This document shows positions 21,285-30,321 of a DNA stretch of 64,000 nt, in pieces. Where the stretch lies: positions 1 through 64,000 of the IMG/VR virus record IMGVR_UViG_3300046163_000090; one strand, written 5' to 3'. Position 1 is the stretch's first letter; the number at the start of each line of letters is the position of its first letter. Position numbers and translations under genes: made by a program. The notes below the pieces were generated by a model. The model was not told the origin of the DNA and ran no database searches. It saw only the letters and a program-made list of their open reading frames with translations. The stretch comes from a virus.

Positions 21285-21316
21285 ATTACACCACAACCCG
21301 AAGATTGTGGTGTAAT
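21285..21316 (-). terminator. Hairpin, probable intrinsic terminator after the tail tube gene
   Basis: Perfect 12-bp stem attacaccacaa/ttgtggtgtaat. On the minus strand the loop reads tc-TTCG-gg (cUUCGg tetraloop), followed by tgtttatt. Confidence 0.7.
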
Positions 21317-21340
21317 AATTTAAGTTTTTTTAGCTTAAAC

Positions 21341-23074
21341 TTAAGAGTTTGGTATTGAGTATCCTCTGTAAAGCTCTGGGTTGTCGTATACGTCTGTACC
21401 TTTCCATGCTATGTCTCCAGTAGTCCCTCCGATTCCAGTATAGCCCCATTCCCAGAATTTACCCTCTTTAACTTGAGGTGGGAGTTTGCTTCTGTTGTCT
21501 TCTCCTGCTTTATTTTCTGCTCCACTGATAAATACCCCTACGGTATTATCTTCTGGACCACCGATTTGAGTGGAGAAAGTCAAGTCTACGGTTTTATTGT
21601 CTCCAATTGCAGAACTAAAACTTTCTGAGTCAAGAACTGCTCCCTTGAAATTAATCACCAGAGAAGGCTCGGATGTATTTGGATTACAATCAATGCATTT
21701 TGGATCTTGCATTTTGACCTTTAGGTCATAGCTTTGTCCGCACATTAAGTCAACGAGGTTACCATCCTTAAGGTCTGAAACCAAAGCGTTAACACTCAAA
21801 GTACATGTTACGGGGAAGTCAATTTCCTTAGCAAATGCATAGGTGCTACCTAATCTTTGAAGTGCGGTTCTACCCATTGGAGTAGAAATTGTAAAACTTT
21901 GAATGTGGGCACTACCCTTATCTTCTTCACCATAACCAAGAGTATCTCCTGACATTTGCTTGGAAAGAAGTCCAGCATTCTTAAGGTCAATAGTAATATC
22001 CCCAGGTTTAAGTACGCTTGATCCATCTCCAGATTCTGCTGGAGGTAAGATAAAGCAAGTATCACAAATTTTAGTTCCATCTTGAGAATCTACTGATGGC
22101 AGTGATTTAAACTGAGTTCCTACATCAGACTTAATATTCAAAGCTTCTAAACTTACTGATGCAGTGGGGAACGATCCAACACTACCCTCGATTGAGTAAT
22201 CAGTAATGTAAACATTTCCAGCACTAATTACTGTTTTTTCATCATCAACAGATGCAATATCTCCTTTGATTGCATCACGACCTTCAGGAACTGTCAATAT
22301 AAAGAAATTGTTACCATACTCATTTTGAGTACGAGTCATAATTCCAGACAAGCTTTGGAACTCTCCGTCAGTATTCATTCCAAGTAACCTTTCATTTTCG
22401 GCATCAGTGAGGTAATAAGAGAAGTCCATACTTACAGTAGGAGATTCTAATATTACTGAATCAATTCTTGCTAGTTGACCAAATTGGTTAACGTCTTGTC
22501 TGTTTATGGTGAAACTATAATTTGCATTTTGAACTCTTTTTAGTTGTCTAGCTGTGCTACCCCATGTGCTTTCACTTTTTCCGTCTTTATTCATAGAGGA
22601 GTCATCAAGTGTGCCATCTAAATATTTCAATCCATGCATATCATCAGCATTGATGTTGTTTGAAAAAGTTTCTTGGTTGTGCCATGATGCAAGAAGTCCA
22701 GTAAATCCAGCAGCTTCCAGCACTGGATGAGCTCCATGCATACCTGAGCCTTCTGCCCAATATTTACTTACTCCAGTATTACATGCAAAAGTTTTAAATC
22801 TAAAATCTTCTAAAGTTTTATATCCATTAGGTGCAAGGTTATCAACCTCAACAGTGGTTCCCTCACAAGCATTAAAAATAACTTGCCCATTATTTTCCTG
22901 ACTAGCGCTAAGACCCTGAACAAAACAGTCTCCTGTGTATGCTGCTTGATCTTCCCATCCACCACTGATAGATTCTGGGGGTAGATAATATAGATGGTGT
23001 CCTGTGGTGTCTGGAGAAACAAACAGGGCTTCACTTTGGTAAATAACTCTATTCCTTGCGGGTAAATTGCTCAT
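21341..23074 (-). CDS. Major tail tube protein with an internally duplicated tube domain
   Basis: 577 aa, beta-rich tube-like pattern with two related halves (VQNANYSFTINRQDVNQFGQ..PTVSMDFSY and IQSFTISTPMGRTALQRLGS..PVTCTLSV). Lies downstream of neck-like genes and has its own upstream GTGTA element and downstream hairpin. Confidence 0.7.
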   Translation of the reverse strand: MSNLPARNRVIYQSEALFVSPDTTGHHLYYLPPESISGGWEDQAAYTGDCFVQGLSASQENNGQVIFNACEGTTVEVDNLAPNGYKTLEDFRFKTFACNTGVSKYWAEGSGMHGAHPVLEAAGFTGLLASWHNQETFSNNINADDMHGLKYLDGTLDDSSMNKDGKSESTWGSTARQLKRVQNANYSFTINRQDVNQFGQLARIDSVILESPTVSMDFSYYLTDAENERLLGMNTDGEFQSLSGIMTRTQNEYGNNFFILTVPEGRDAIKGDIASVDDEKTVISAGNVYITDYSIEGSVGSFPTASVSLEALNIKSDVGTQFKSLPSVDSQDGTKICDTCFILPPAESGDGSSVLKPGDITIDLKNAGLLSKQMSGDTLGYGEEDKGSAHIQSFTISTPMGRTALQRLGSTYAFAKEIDFPVTCTLSVNALVSDLKDGNLVDLMCGQSYDLKVKMQDPKCIDCNPNTSEPSLVINFKGAVLDSESFSSAIGDNKTVDLTFSTQIGGPEDNTVGVFISGAENKAGEDNRSKLPPQVKEGKFWEWGYTGIGGTTGDIAWKGTDVYDNPELYRGYSIPNS

Positions 23075-23146
23075 GATATTTTAAAATTAAAAATTATAGT
23101 TTAAATTAAATACACAGATAAAAAATATATGTGAAGATTTTTTTTA

Positions 23147-25933
23147 TTAAAAATGCCACCTTCCGCTAAATGTAACACCAAATGCTTCCTGAGATGCTAT
23201 AACAGTACTACCGACTTCATTAAATACTTTAACTTTAAATATAATTTCTGGGTTATCTGAATTCTTTTCAACTATAGCTACATCCGTGACCGTAGAAGAA
23301 TTTGAATCCCATTGAGCTAATCCGAAATCAAATAAATATTGTGGTGCAGCGCCTCCCTGATTTGCATTACCGCTAAACTGCAAAGGAACTTCTGTCTTTC
23401 CATCGCTACTTGGTTGTATTTCACTATTAGCGGCAACTCCTTCCCATTTAAAAGTTTTAGTAGTCTGGCCGAAAAATGTTACATCCTGCCTAAGAAATGG
23501 TCCAACCGCCACATTACTATTTGCAGTTGGCGTCATTATATCCACTCCAGTAACCAATGAAGTAGACTGGCTATTAGTAGTCCCAACTGTTAAGGAATCA
23601 ATACTGAAACCAGTTGCTCCTTCTGGCCATTGTGGAAAGCTTGAAAGGGTTCTACTCAAAAGGCTACTGCTATTTGATGAATCTTCGCTTAGGAGGTAGA
23701 ATTGATTCGCCGTTCTGTCTGATGCGTCAGCAACGATAGTTATTACCTCTGTTTCGGGGTTTTGAGTTTCTGGCTTAGTTTCACTTGGTGTTACTGTAGC
23801 TGTTGGAGTGAGTGAAGATGTTTGGGTATTAGTAACTGAAGGTGTTGCGGTTGAAGTTACACTGGATGTATTTGTAATGGTTGGAGTTTGAGTAGCCAAA
23901 GGCTCAGTTTTGCTAGGTGTAACTGTTGCACTTGAAGTTACGCTCGATGTATTCGTAATAGTTGGAGTTTGAGTGGTTGAAGGGGTTGCAGTTGAAGTTA
24001 CACTGGATGTATTCGTAATAGTTGGAGTTTGAGTGGTTGAAGGGGTTGCAGTTGAAGTTACACTGGATGTATTCGTAATTGTTGGAGTTGGAGTAGCTAA
24101 AGGTTTAGTTTCAGTAGGTGTAGCTGTTTGAGTTTGAGTTTGAGTTACTGTTGAGCTAAATGAAGGAGTAACACTAGGAGTAGCACTTTTAGAAGGTGTG
24201 ACTGAAGGTGTGCTAGTGTTAGTCTGTGTTATGGAAGGTGTAATTGTTGGTGTTACGCTGTTAGTTTCTGTAACTGATGGAGTAACTGTGTTTGTTTCAG
24301 TCACTGTATTAGTTTGTGTTATAGAAGGAGTATTAGTAGAACTTTGAGTAACAGATGGAGTATTTGTTGTACTTTGAGTCACAGAAGGAGTGGCTGAAGG
24401 AGTACTAGTGTTAGTTTGAGTTACAGATGGAGTGACCGTATTAGTTTGAGTTACAGATGGAGTGACCGTATTAGTTTGAGTTACAGATGGAGTGACCGTA
24501 TTAGTTTGAGTTACAGATGGAGTGACCGTATTAGTTTGGCTTACAGATGGAGTTACTGTTGAGCTTTGAGTTACAGAAGACGTAACCGAAGGTGTATTAG
24601 TATTAGTTGCCGTAACCGAAGGTGTATTACTATTAGTTGCCGTAACCGAAGGTGTATTACTATTAGTTGCCGTAACCGAAGGTGTATTACTATTAGTTGC
24701 CGTAACTGAAGGTGTATTACTATTAGTGGTCGTAACTGATGGTGTTTTAGTCGGCGTTAATGTACTTGATGGGGTATGAGACGGAGTATTTGTTTGAGTT
24801 GTTGTTGTAGACGGAGTAATACTATTAGTTGGCGTATTAGTTGAACTAACTGTCAAAGACGATGTAGGTGTTGAAGTTGGTTTTTGAAAATCTTTTGTAA
24901 TTGTTGCTGTTGGTGTAACTGTTTGACTTGATGTCGGAGTTACTGTTTGACTGTTTGTGTTAGTTATTGTAGCGGTTGGTGTGGCTTGAGCTGGTTCACA
25001 CTGCCCAAATATATTAACAATTCCACTCATATGAGAATGCACAGAGCATTGATAAAATAATGTGCTTGGCGCATCGCAAGGAACATCAAAAATTAATAGC
25101 CCTTGATTTTGTCCATTATTGGTTACTCCATCATTAAATGAGTCTTGGTTTCCAGCAGTATTTGTGGTTTTTATCCAAAATGGGTGACTTGATGCATTTA
25201 TATTTAAATTGTAGGCAACTCCCCTCTCAAAAGCCAAGCACGCACGCTCTTCTTCAATCTTGCCTAGTTGACTAAAGAGGTAATTATTATTTTGAACTGA
25301 AATGTCAATATCTACTTCTTCATTACCAAAGCATTCAGTTAAAAATGCTGGAAGAGTTTTTGTTGGCGTGATGGTCGGTGTTGCAGTTGGTGTTAGTGTT
25401 GCTGAATTTGTTTGAGTAACGCTAAATGTTGGTGTGCTAGATTGAGTTACTATTGGCTGGGAATCTTTAGTATTAGTAGGTGATGGTGTAGCTGGTAAAG
25501 TTTTGGTGGCCGAAGGAGTAGCTTCTGGAGTTGATGTAGCTGAAGGAGTAGATTGCGGAGTTGCGGTAACCGAAGGCGTCGCTTGTGGAGTTGATGTAAT
25601 TGGTGGGGTTTCTGTAACGGATTGCGTCGGGGTATTCGATTGAGTTGGACACGGAAAGCTGATCCCTGAGACGCTAGGATTTATGCATTCCACTTCTCCT
25701 CTAGAATTAAATGCACTAACTTTATAGTTGTATGAAAATTGATCGCATCCATCAACAAAATCTATCCCTGTTATCTCTACTGCATCCCCTACTTCTATTG
25801 CATCAATTGTGTTAATTAATATGAAATTACCCCCAACCCCATTGACTAACTCTTGCCTGTATACTCTATATTCCTCGGCTTGATTTTCAATCCGATTATT
25901 ATGCAAAAAACTGTAATTTACCTGAAAAGCCAT
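23147..25933 (-). CDS. Mucin-like virion accessory protein: FnIII-like N-terminus, cupredoxin-like domain, long T/S/P stalk, C-terminal beta domain
   Basis: EEYRVYR..YNYKVSAFNSRGE (FnIII-like); SHPFWIK...LFYQCSVHSHMSG (His...Cys-x2-His-x2-Met); about 500 aa of T/S/P repeats. Confidence 0.7.
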   Translation of the reverse strand: MAFQVNYSFLHNNRIENQAEEYRVYRQELVNGVGGNFILINTIDAIEVGDAVEITGIDFVDGCDQFSYNYKVSAFNSRGEVECINPSVSGISFPCPTQSNTPTQSVTETPPITSTPQATPSVTATPQSTPSATSTPEATPSATKTLPATPSPTNTKDSQPIVTQSSTPTFSVTQTNSATLTPTATPTITPTKTLPAFLTECFGNEEVDIDISVQNNNYLFSQLGKIEEERACLAFERGVAYNLNINASSHPFWIKTTNTAGNQDSFNDGVTNNGQNQGLLIFDVPCDAPSTLFYQCSVHSHMSGIVNIFGQCEPAQATPTATITNTNSQTVTPTSSQTVTPTATITKDFQKPTSTPTSSLTVSSTNTPTNSITPSTTTTQTNTPSHTPSSTLTPTKTPSVTTTNSNTPSVTATNSNTPSVTATNSNTPSVTATNSNTPSVTATNTNTPSVTSSVTQSSTVTPSVSQTNTVTPSVTQTNTVTPSVTQTNTVTPSVTQTNTVTPSVTQTNTSTPSATPSVTQSTTNTPSVTQSSTNTPSITQTNTVTETNTVTPSVTETNSVTPTITPSITQTNTSTPSVTPSKSATPSVTPSFSSTVTQTQTQTATPTETKPLATPTPTITNTSSVTSTATPSTTQTPTITNTSSVTSTATPSTTQTPTITNTSSVTSSATVTPSKTEPLATQTPTITNTSSVTSTATPSVTNTQTSSLTPTATVTPSETKPETQNPETEVITIVADASDRTANQFYLLSEDSSNSSSLLSRTLSSFPQWPEGATGFSIDSLTVGTTNSQSTSLVTGVDIMTPTANSNVAVGPFLRQDVTFFGQTTKTFKWEGVAANSEIQPSSDGKTEVPLQFSGNANQGGAAPQYLFDFGLAQWDSNSSTVTDVAIVEKNSDNPEIIFKVKVFNEVGSTVIASQEAFGVTFSGRWHF
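23931..24089. repeat. 60-bp coding tandem repeat, ~2.6 copies
   Basis: gttgaagttacactggatgtattcgtaatagttggagtttgagtggttgaaggggttgca-type unit at 23931, 23991 and 24051 (partial). Confidence 0.9.
24411..24553. repeat. 30-bp coding tandem repeat, 4 perfect copies plus a partial (TVTPSVTQTN)
   Basis: ttagtttgagttacagatggagtgaccgta at 24411, 24441, 24471 and 24501. Confidence 0.95.
24581..24730. repeat. 30-bp coding tandem repeat, 5 near-perfect copies (ATNSNTPSVT)
   Basis: cgtaaccgaaggtgtattactattagttgc-type unit at 24581, 24611, 24641, 24671 and 24701. Confidence 0.95.
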
Positions 25934-25988
25934 TAAATATACTATACACCCTTATTTAAAATAAAATTAAATAAAAAAAATTCTACTA

Positions 25989-26978
25989 TTATTTTGTTAA
26001 AGTTAAATTAGTTGGAGGACTGGCTGGTTGTGGGCCTAAGGTCAATTGAGTTGGAGCCAAAGGTATTCCAGCTACTAATGGAGGCCTACTAGCAATAGGC
26101 TCAAATAGTTCTTGTCTTGGAAATCTATGAGTAATCAGTGTAAAGTCCGCGAATCCGATATATAAGCCTGGATGAGTTTGTTTTGCTACTCTATCATTAA
26201 GTTTTGATACAGTGCAATTTTCAACATGAAATATGCTATGACTATTTTTTTTATTGAAATACCTTTCGCTTAAATCTTTATAATCGTAATGCCCTAACTT
26301 TAAGTCTCCAAATTCATTCAATGGATGCTCGTTAAATCCGACATTAGCTATACTCGTAAAATTTAAATCAGCCAATATAGAAAATACCCCATCTAACTGA
26401 AAAGAATTTTCTGCAAATACAACGCATCTAATAAAAGATTTTGTTGCATCTTGACCTCCGAATGAAAATGGAATATTACCCCCGCTTTCGTAAGACACAA
26501 ATACTGCAGGCACTACTTGGTCGTAAGGCTTTATGCCATCAAAAATAGCTTGATCAAATCTACTGTTTTTATCAAATTTACTTTCAATTAATAATTCTTC
26601 TTCGGTTTGATCAGTGATATATATATTAAAATCTTTTACAGCATAGCTTCCTTCTACATCTGACATTGAATTAGCCATAAAGCTTGGAATCAATACCCTG
26701 CCATTATCAAAGTCATATTTAATGCCTTCATCATTTCTATTTATATCTCTGCCATTTAAATTAATTTTACTAATCACATTGGCTCCATTAATTGATGAAT
26801 CATAAACCCATTGTTTGTGCGGTGATGCGAAAGCAACAAAATTACTATCTAGCCTAGGATCATTTTGATGATAAAAAGAAGATTCAATATTTTGATAGGC
26901 TAAACCTCTTGACAGTATAACATAGTCTAACCATAATGAAAAGCTAGTAATTACTTGATGCTGGAATTGTGGTTTCAT
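25989..26978 (-). CDS. Putative tail terminator/neck protein
   Basis: 329-aa ORF between completion-like and tube genes; terminator-like pattern (VPAVFVSYESG..F..GG....FIRCVVFAENSFQLDGVFSIL). Mostly positional inference. Confidence 0.45.
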   Translation of the reverse strand: MKPQFQHQVITSFSLWLDYVILSRGLAYQNIESSFYHQNDPRLDSNFVAFASPHKQWVYDSSINGANVISKINLNGRDINRNDEGIKYDFDNGRVLIPSFMANSMSDVEGSYAVKDFNIYITDQTEEELLIESKFDKNSRFDQAIFDGIKPYDQVVPAVFVSYESGGNIPFSFGGQDATKSFIRCVVFAENSFQLDGVFSILADLNFTSIANVGFNEHPLNEFGDLKLGHYDYKDLSERYFNKKNSHSIFHVENCTVSKLNDRVAKQTHPGLYIGFADFTLITHRFPRQELFEPIASRPPLVAGIPLAPTQLTLGPQPASPPTNLTLTK

Positions 26979-27571
26979 TATATTGTGATGTTGTTTAAAC
27001 TACTTATACACTTTTCGAAATTCGCGATCATTGGAGTGATATAAGGTTTGGGTAAAAATTCAGCACTAGATACAAAATTTTCTGACTGTATACCTCCTCC
27101 TGATCTACTTTTATCACCACCTTTCGCTAAAAATTGTCCAAAGTTAGATATACCTTTCTCGATACCTTCAGCCCAGCTTCTGCCCTGAGCCCATGGTAAT
27201 GGAGTCATTTCAAAAATTTCCTTAACGGATGGATACAATACATAACTTTGCGAAGATCCATCTTTGTTGATCATAATTTTAGTTAAGATTATTCCATGCA
27301 TCGCTTCTCTTATCACCTCTGTAGGCTTTTCGCCAGCTTTAAATCCTATAAAAGAAAAAAGATTACCCTTACCTGATAGAGTTAATGATATATTTGATGA
27401 ATTATTTCCAGCTTCTATCTCTTGGGTAATTCTACTTGAATTAAATTGTTGAATTAAATTTCTTTTACATGAATTAAATTTTTGCGTGACAATCCTATTT
27501 ACATACATTACATAATCTCTAGACTTTCTTAAATCTATTGAATTTTTAATACTTCTATTAGCAGAGCTCAT
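26978..27571 (-). CDS. Putative tail completion/neck protein (HK97 gp10-like position)
   Basis: 197-aa basic ORF with WAEGIEKG and C-terminal PKPYITPMI, resembling the gp10-like A..E.G...P.PF..PA pattern; coupled to the next gene by overlapping stop/start codons. Confidence 0.45.
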   Translation of the reverse strand: MSSANRSIKNSIDLRKSRDYVMYVNRIVTQKFNSCKRNLIQQFNSSRITQEIEAGNNSSNISLTLSGKGNLFSFIGFKAGEKPTEVIREAMHGIILTKIMINKDGSSQSYVLYPSVKEIFEMTPLPWAQGRSWAEGIEKGISNFGQFLAKGGDKSRSGGGIQSENFVSSAEFLPKPYITPMIANFEKCISSLNNITI

Positions 27572-27572
27572 A

Positions 27573-28031
27573 TTAACCCTCGTCTACAGGCTTCAAGTAA
27601 AATGTGTAAAACTTTGGAGTAAATAAACCATGAGGCATTTCATCGCTTATTATTGAAAATTTCCTGCCATCGAATTCGCAACGTTTAGTTTCCTTGAGGT
27701 AGGAATACCCCACCTTATCAACTTTTATTCTGACCTCTCCTACATGCTTCTCCACTTTAATTTGGGCATTTACATCTGCATCAAATATATCTTCGTTTTG
27801 TCGGCCAATATATAATATTCTAGCTTTAAATTTAGCCTCTATAATCTCCCTTTTTACTGAGGTTATATTTCCGCTTACATTTTTATATAAGTAATTATAG
27901 TTAGGATCGGTACTCAATACAACTCTTTGAGCTTCTTTTATAAATTTTATATCACGAGCAAATGTGTCATGAATATCATCAAAAACAGACTGAAAAGCCT
28001 CCTTGTCACTATCGCTAATTAAAGAACCCAT
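27573..28031 (-). CDS. Putative head-closure (stopper) protein
   Basis: Small beta-rich ORF (FKARILY..VRIKVD..CEFDGRKFSIISD..FYLKPV). ATG at 28031 chosen because a GTGTA element lies 9 nt upstream, as for several other genes. Confidence 0.45.
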   Translation of the reverse strand: MGSLISDSDKEAFQSVFDDIHDTFARDIKFIKEAQRVVLSTDPNYNYLYKNVSGNITSVKREIIEAKFKARILYIGRQNEDIFDADVNAQIKVEKHVGEVRIKVDKVGYSYLKETKRCEFDGRKFSIISDEMPHGLFTPKFYTFYLKPVDEG

Positions 28032-28040
28032 ACTTTTTTT

Positions 28041-28065
28041 TACACACAATACAATAATATGTGTA
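28041..28065. promoter_or_regulatory. Divergent pair of GTGTA elements (candidate back-to-back late promoters)
   Basis: TACAC at 28041-28045 (9 nt before the minus-strand ATG at 28031) and GTGTA at 28061-28065 (22 nt before the plus-strand ATG at 28088). Confidence 0.65.
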
Positions 28066-28087
28066 TCTTTAATTAGGTAAAAGGTTT

Positions 28088-28369
28088 ATGCAAGCAGGAA
28101 AATTTCTATCTGATACGGTAAAAGGTAGCACTAAAAGTTTATTCAAAAGCTTCTTGGTGTTAATTGAGGACCTGTACGCTGAAAACGAAATCAGTTTTAA
28201 TAAACTAAAAAAGCATCTTCCTGAGTATTCTGACATTATTGATCAGGCTAATTACTTTGATGAAGATAAGATGCAGTATTTAAGAAAAAAAATTCTCGAT
28301 ATAGGCAATGAATCTATGAGAGAAAATAATTCTAATATAGAAAAGTTTACTGTAAATTTTAAATTTTAA
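28088..28369 (+). CDS. Hypothetical protein (93 aa, helical)
   Basis: ORF with an AAGG RBS-like motif and upstream GTGTA; first gene of the plus-strand block. Confidence 0.75.
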   Translation: MQAGKFLSDTVKGSTKSLFKSFLVLIEDLYAENEISFNKLKKHLPEYSDIIDQANYFDEDKMQYLRKKILDIGNESMRENNSNIEKFTVNFKF

Positions 28370-28404
28370 GAATATAATATATTTTATAACAAAGGAATAA
28401 GGAA

Positions 28405-29286
28405 ATGTATACAAAAACAAATAAAGAAATCTATCGCTTTACAATTAATTTAAATGAAGATGTCGAGAAAGAAGTCGATGTTGAAAAAGAAATTGATGTA
28501 GAAAAAGACGTTGAAGTCGAAAAAGAAGTTGATGTTGAAAAAACTCGCACCAATGAAAATGGCGAACAAGAGACTTATACTGAAAAAGAAAAACAAATTG
28601 TCGTCGAAAAGAAAACAGTCAAAGAGACTCAAGTTGTAAAAGAAAAAAGAAATGAGACAATAGTCAAAGAGCATGTCTTTGTTATAACGCAGCCAACGAG
28701 AAGACAAATGGAAGAGGCTGATATGGAGTATAGTATTGAAATGAGTAAGTGCGTGAAGCAAGGCATTTTAACTAAGGCTATGCTATTGAATAAGTATAGT
28801 GATACTGGTGGAATTATGAGTGAAGCTGAAGCAAAAGATCTTTCCGAGATGTACGGCAAACTGAGTGAACTACAAACTATGTTTACATCCTGGAAACTAA
28901 CTGACAAGCAAAATTTTTCAGATAGTCAAAAGCAAGTAATCGAAGAAATGGCTTCTTTGAGGAGAGCGATAGCTAAAACTGAAACAAATTTTTCAGCACT
29001 ACTTAGCCATACAGCAGATAATAAAGCTCAAGCCAAAGTTATTTCTTGGTATTTGCTACATTTAACGCACCAGGACAATAATGGTTCTATAGAGGAATAT
29101 TTTAAGGGGTCTTCTTTTGAAGATAAAAAAGATTACCTGTACTCTCTTGAAGAAAATGAAGATGATCTTTTTGCTGCCGTTTATGATAAGCTTACTGCTT
29201 TTCTAAGTTTTTGGTATTTTAGTGTTTCCGCAAGCAAAGAAGACTTTGAAAATCTTGAAAAAGATATAGACGAAGGTAATCTATGA
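28405..29286 (+). CDS. Putative tail assembly chaperone 1
   Basis: Acidic helical protein two genes upstream of the TMP; TAAGGA RBS; paralogous by eye to the next gene; contains an (EKEVDV)n insertion. Confidence 0.55.
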   Translation: MYTKTNKEIYRFTINLNEDVEKEVDVEKEIDVEKDVEVEKEVDVEKTRTNENGEQETYTEKEKQIVVEKKTVKETQVVKEKRNETIVKEHVFVITQPTRRQMEEADMEYSIEMSKCVKQGILTKAMLLNKYSDTGGIMSEAEAKDLSEMYGKLSELQTMFTSWKLTDKQNFSDSQKQVIEEMASLRRAIAKTETNFSALLSHTADNKAQAKVISWYLLHLTHQDNNGSIEEYFKGSSFEDKKDYLYSLEENEDDLFAAVYDKLTAFLSFWYFSVSASKEDFENLEKDIDEGNL

Positions 29287-29287
29287 T

Positions 29288-30292
29288 GTGGAACTTGCTG
29301 ACTATAGAAAAATCTTTAAAGAAATAATTCAAGGCTGCACTAAAGCTGCTGTAGGCGACAATATATATTATATTAAACATCTGACAGCTCATGATCAAGT
29401 TGATATTGATGAGATCAATGATAAATACTATCAGCAAGCTATAGATAGAGGAATACCTACAGAAAAAGAAGTATTAAAAGATCTTGAAAAAGACGGTCAG
29501 TGGACTCATTTAGAAGAAAAGCAGATTGAAAAGTTAGAAGTTTTTATCGAGCAGTTACAAAAAAATAAAAGTGCTCTTGTCTTAAAGTCTGAAATAAATA
29601 GGCAAAACCAATCCATAGCCGAAACTCGAGCTAAAATTAATGCCTTGCAGGAAAAAAGAGCCGCCCTTCTTGGTATTAATGCAGAATCATATGCCAGCAA
29701 AAGAGCCAATGATTACTATATTATTAAATCCTTTTTTCATGACGAAGAAATGGCGGACCCCTTATTCTCTAAAGAAGATGATTATAGTAAGTTATACGCA
29801 GATGAAGTGCAGGCTTTTGTATCTGCCTATAATAATACTTTTCTAGCTTTTGAAGAATTAAAAATTCAAGAAATGATATTACAAGATTTTTATTATATTT
29901 ATTTTCCTTTTTGTGATGATACTGTTGGTTTTTTTGGCAAGCCAGTTTCTCAACTAACTTATAATCAATTAAAATTAATCGTATATACAAAAATATTTAA
30001 AAATATATTCGAGACAAATAAACATATTCCAGAAAAAATTAAAAAAGACCCGCAAGCGCTACTTGACTATGGAAGCATCAGTGAAGACGCCAAGTCTAAA
30101 ATGAAAGAGAAGCTAGATAAAGATCAAGATGGAGCAACTTTATTTGGTGCTACTGATGAAGATTATGAATATGCAGGTCTCGATAAACCTTCTGATAGGT
30201 CTGGAATATCAATACAAAAAGCTGCAGAAAAGAAAGGCGGCTCTTTATCAATGGAAGATTTGATGGAATTAAGTGGAATCCCTAAAAAATAA
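29288..30292 (+). CDS. Putative tail assembly chaperone 2 (gpGT-like role)
   Basis: GTG start 1 nt after the previous stop; directly upstream of the TMP; C-terminal FFGKPVSQLTYNQL resembles a gpT-like segment. Confidence 0.55.
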   Translation: MELADYRKIFKEIIQGCTKAAVGDNIYYIKHLTAHDQVDIDEINDKYYQQAIDRGIPTEKEVLKDLEKDGQWTHLEEKQIEKLEVFIEQLQKNKSALVLKSEINRQNQSIAETRAKINALQEKRAALLGINAESYASKRANDYYIIKSFFHDEEMADPLFSKEDDYSKLYADEVQAFVSAYNNTFLAFEELKIQEMILQDFYYIYFPFCDDTVGFFGKPVSQLTYNQLKLIVYTKIFKNIFETNKHIPEKIKKDPQALLDYGSISEDAKSKMKEKLDKDQDGATLFGATDEDYEYAGLDKPSDRSGISIQKAAEKKGGSLSMEDLMELSGIPKK

Positions 30293-30321
30293 GTGTACTT
30301 ATTCCCAATGAGGAATAAGGA

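Noticed and set aside
24411-24730. 30-bp repeats as a CRISPR array
   Set aside because: Head-to-tail with no unique spacers, in-frame coding, and no cas genes in the window.
28032-28049. Longer start (28049) for the head-closure-like gene
   Set aside because: The extension overlaps the GTGTA element; ATG at 28031 gives the 9-nt spacing seen at other genes.
29230-29290. Programmed frameshift between the two chaperone genes
   Set aside because: No clear slippery heptamer near the junction, the downstream frame has a stop at 29267, and it has its own GTG start with an AAGG upstream.
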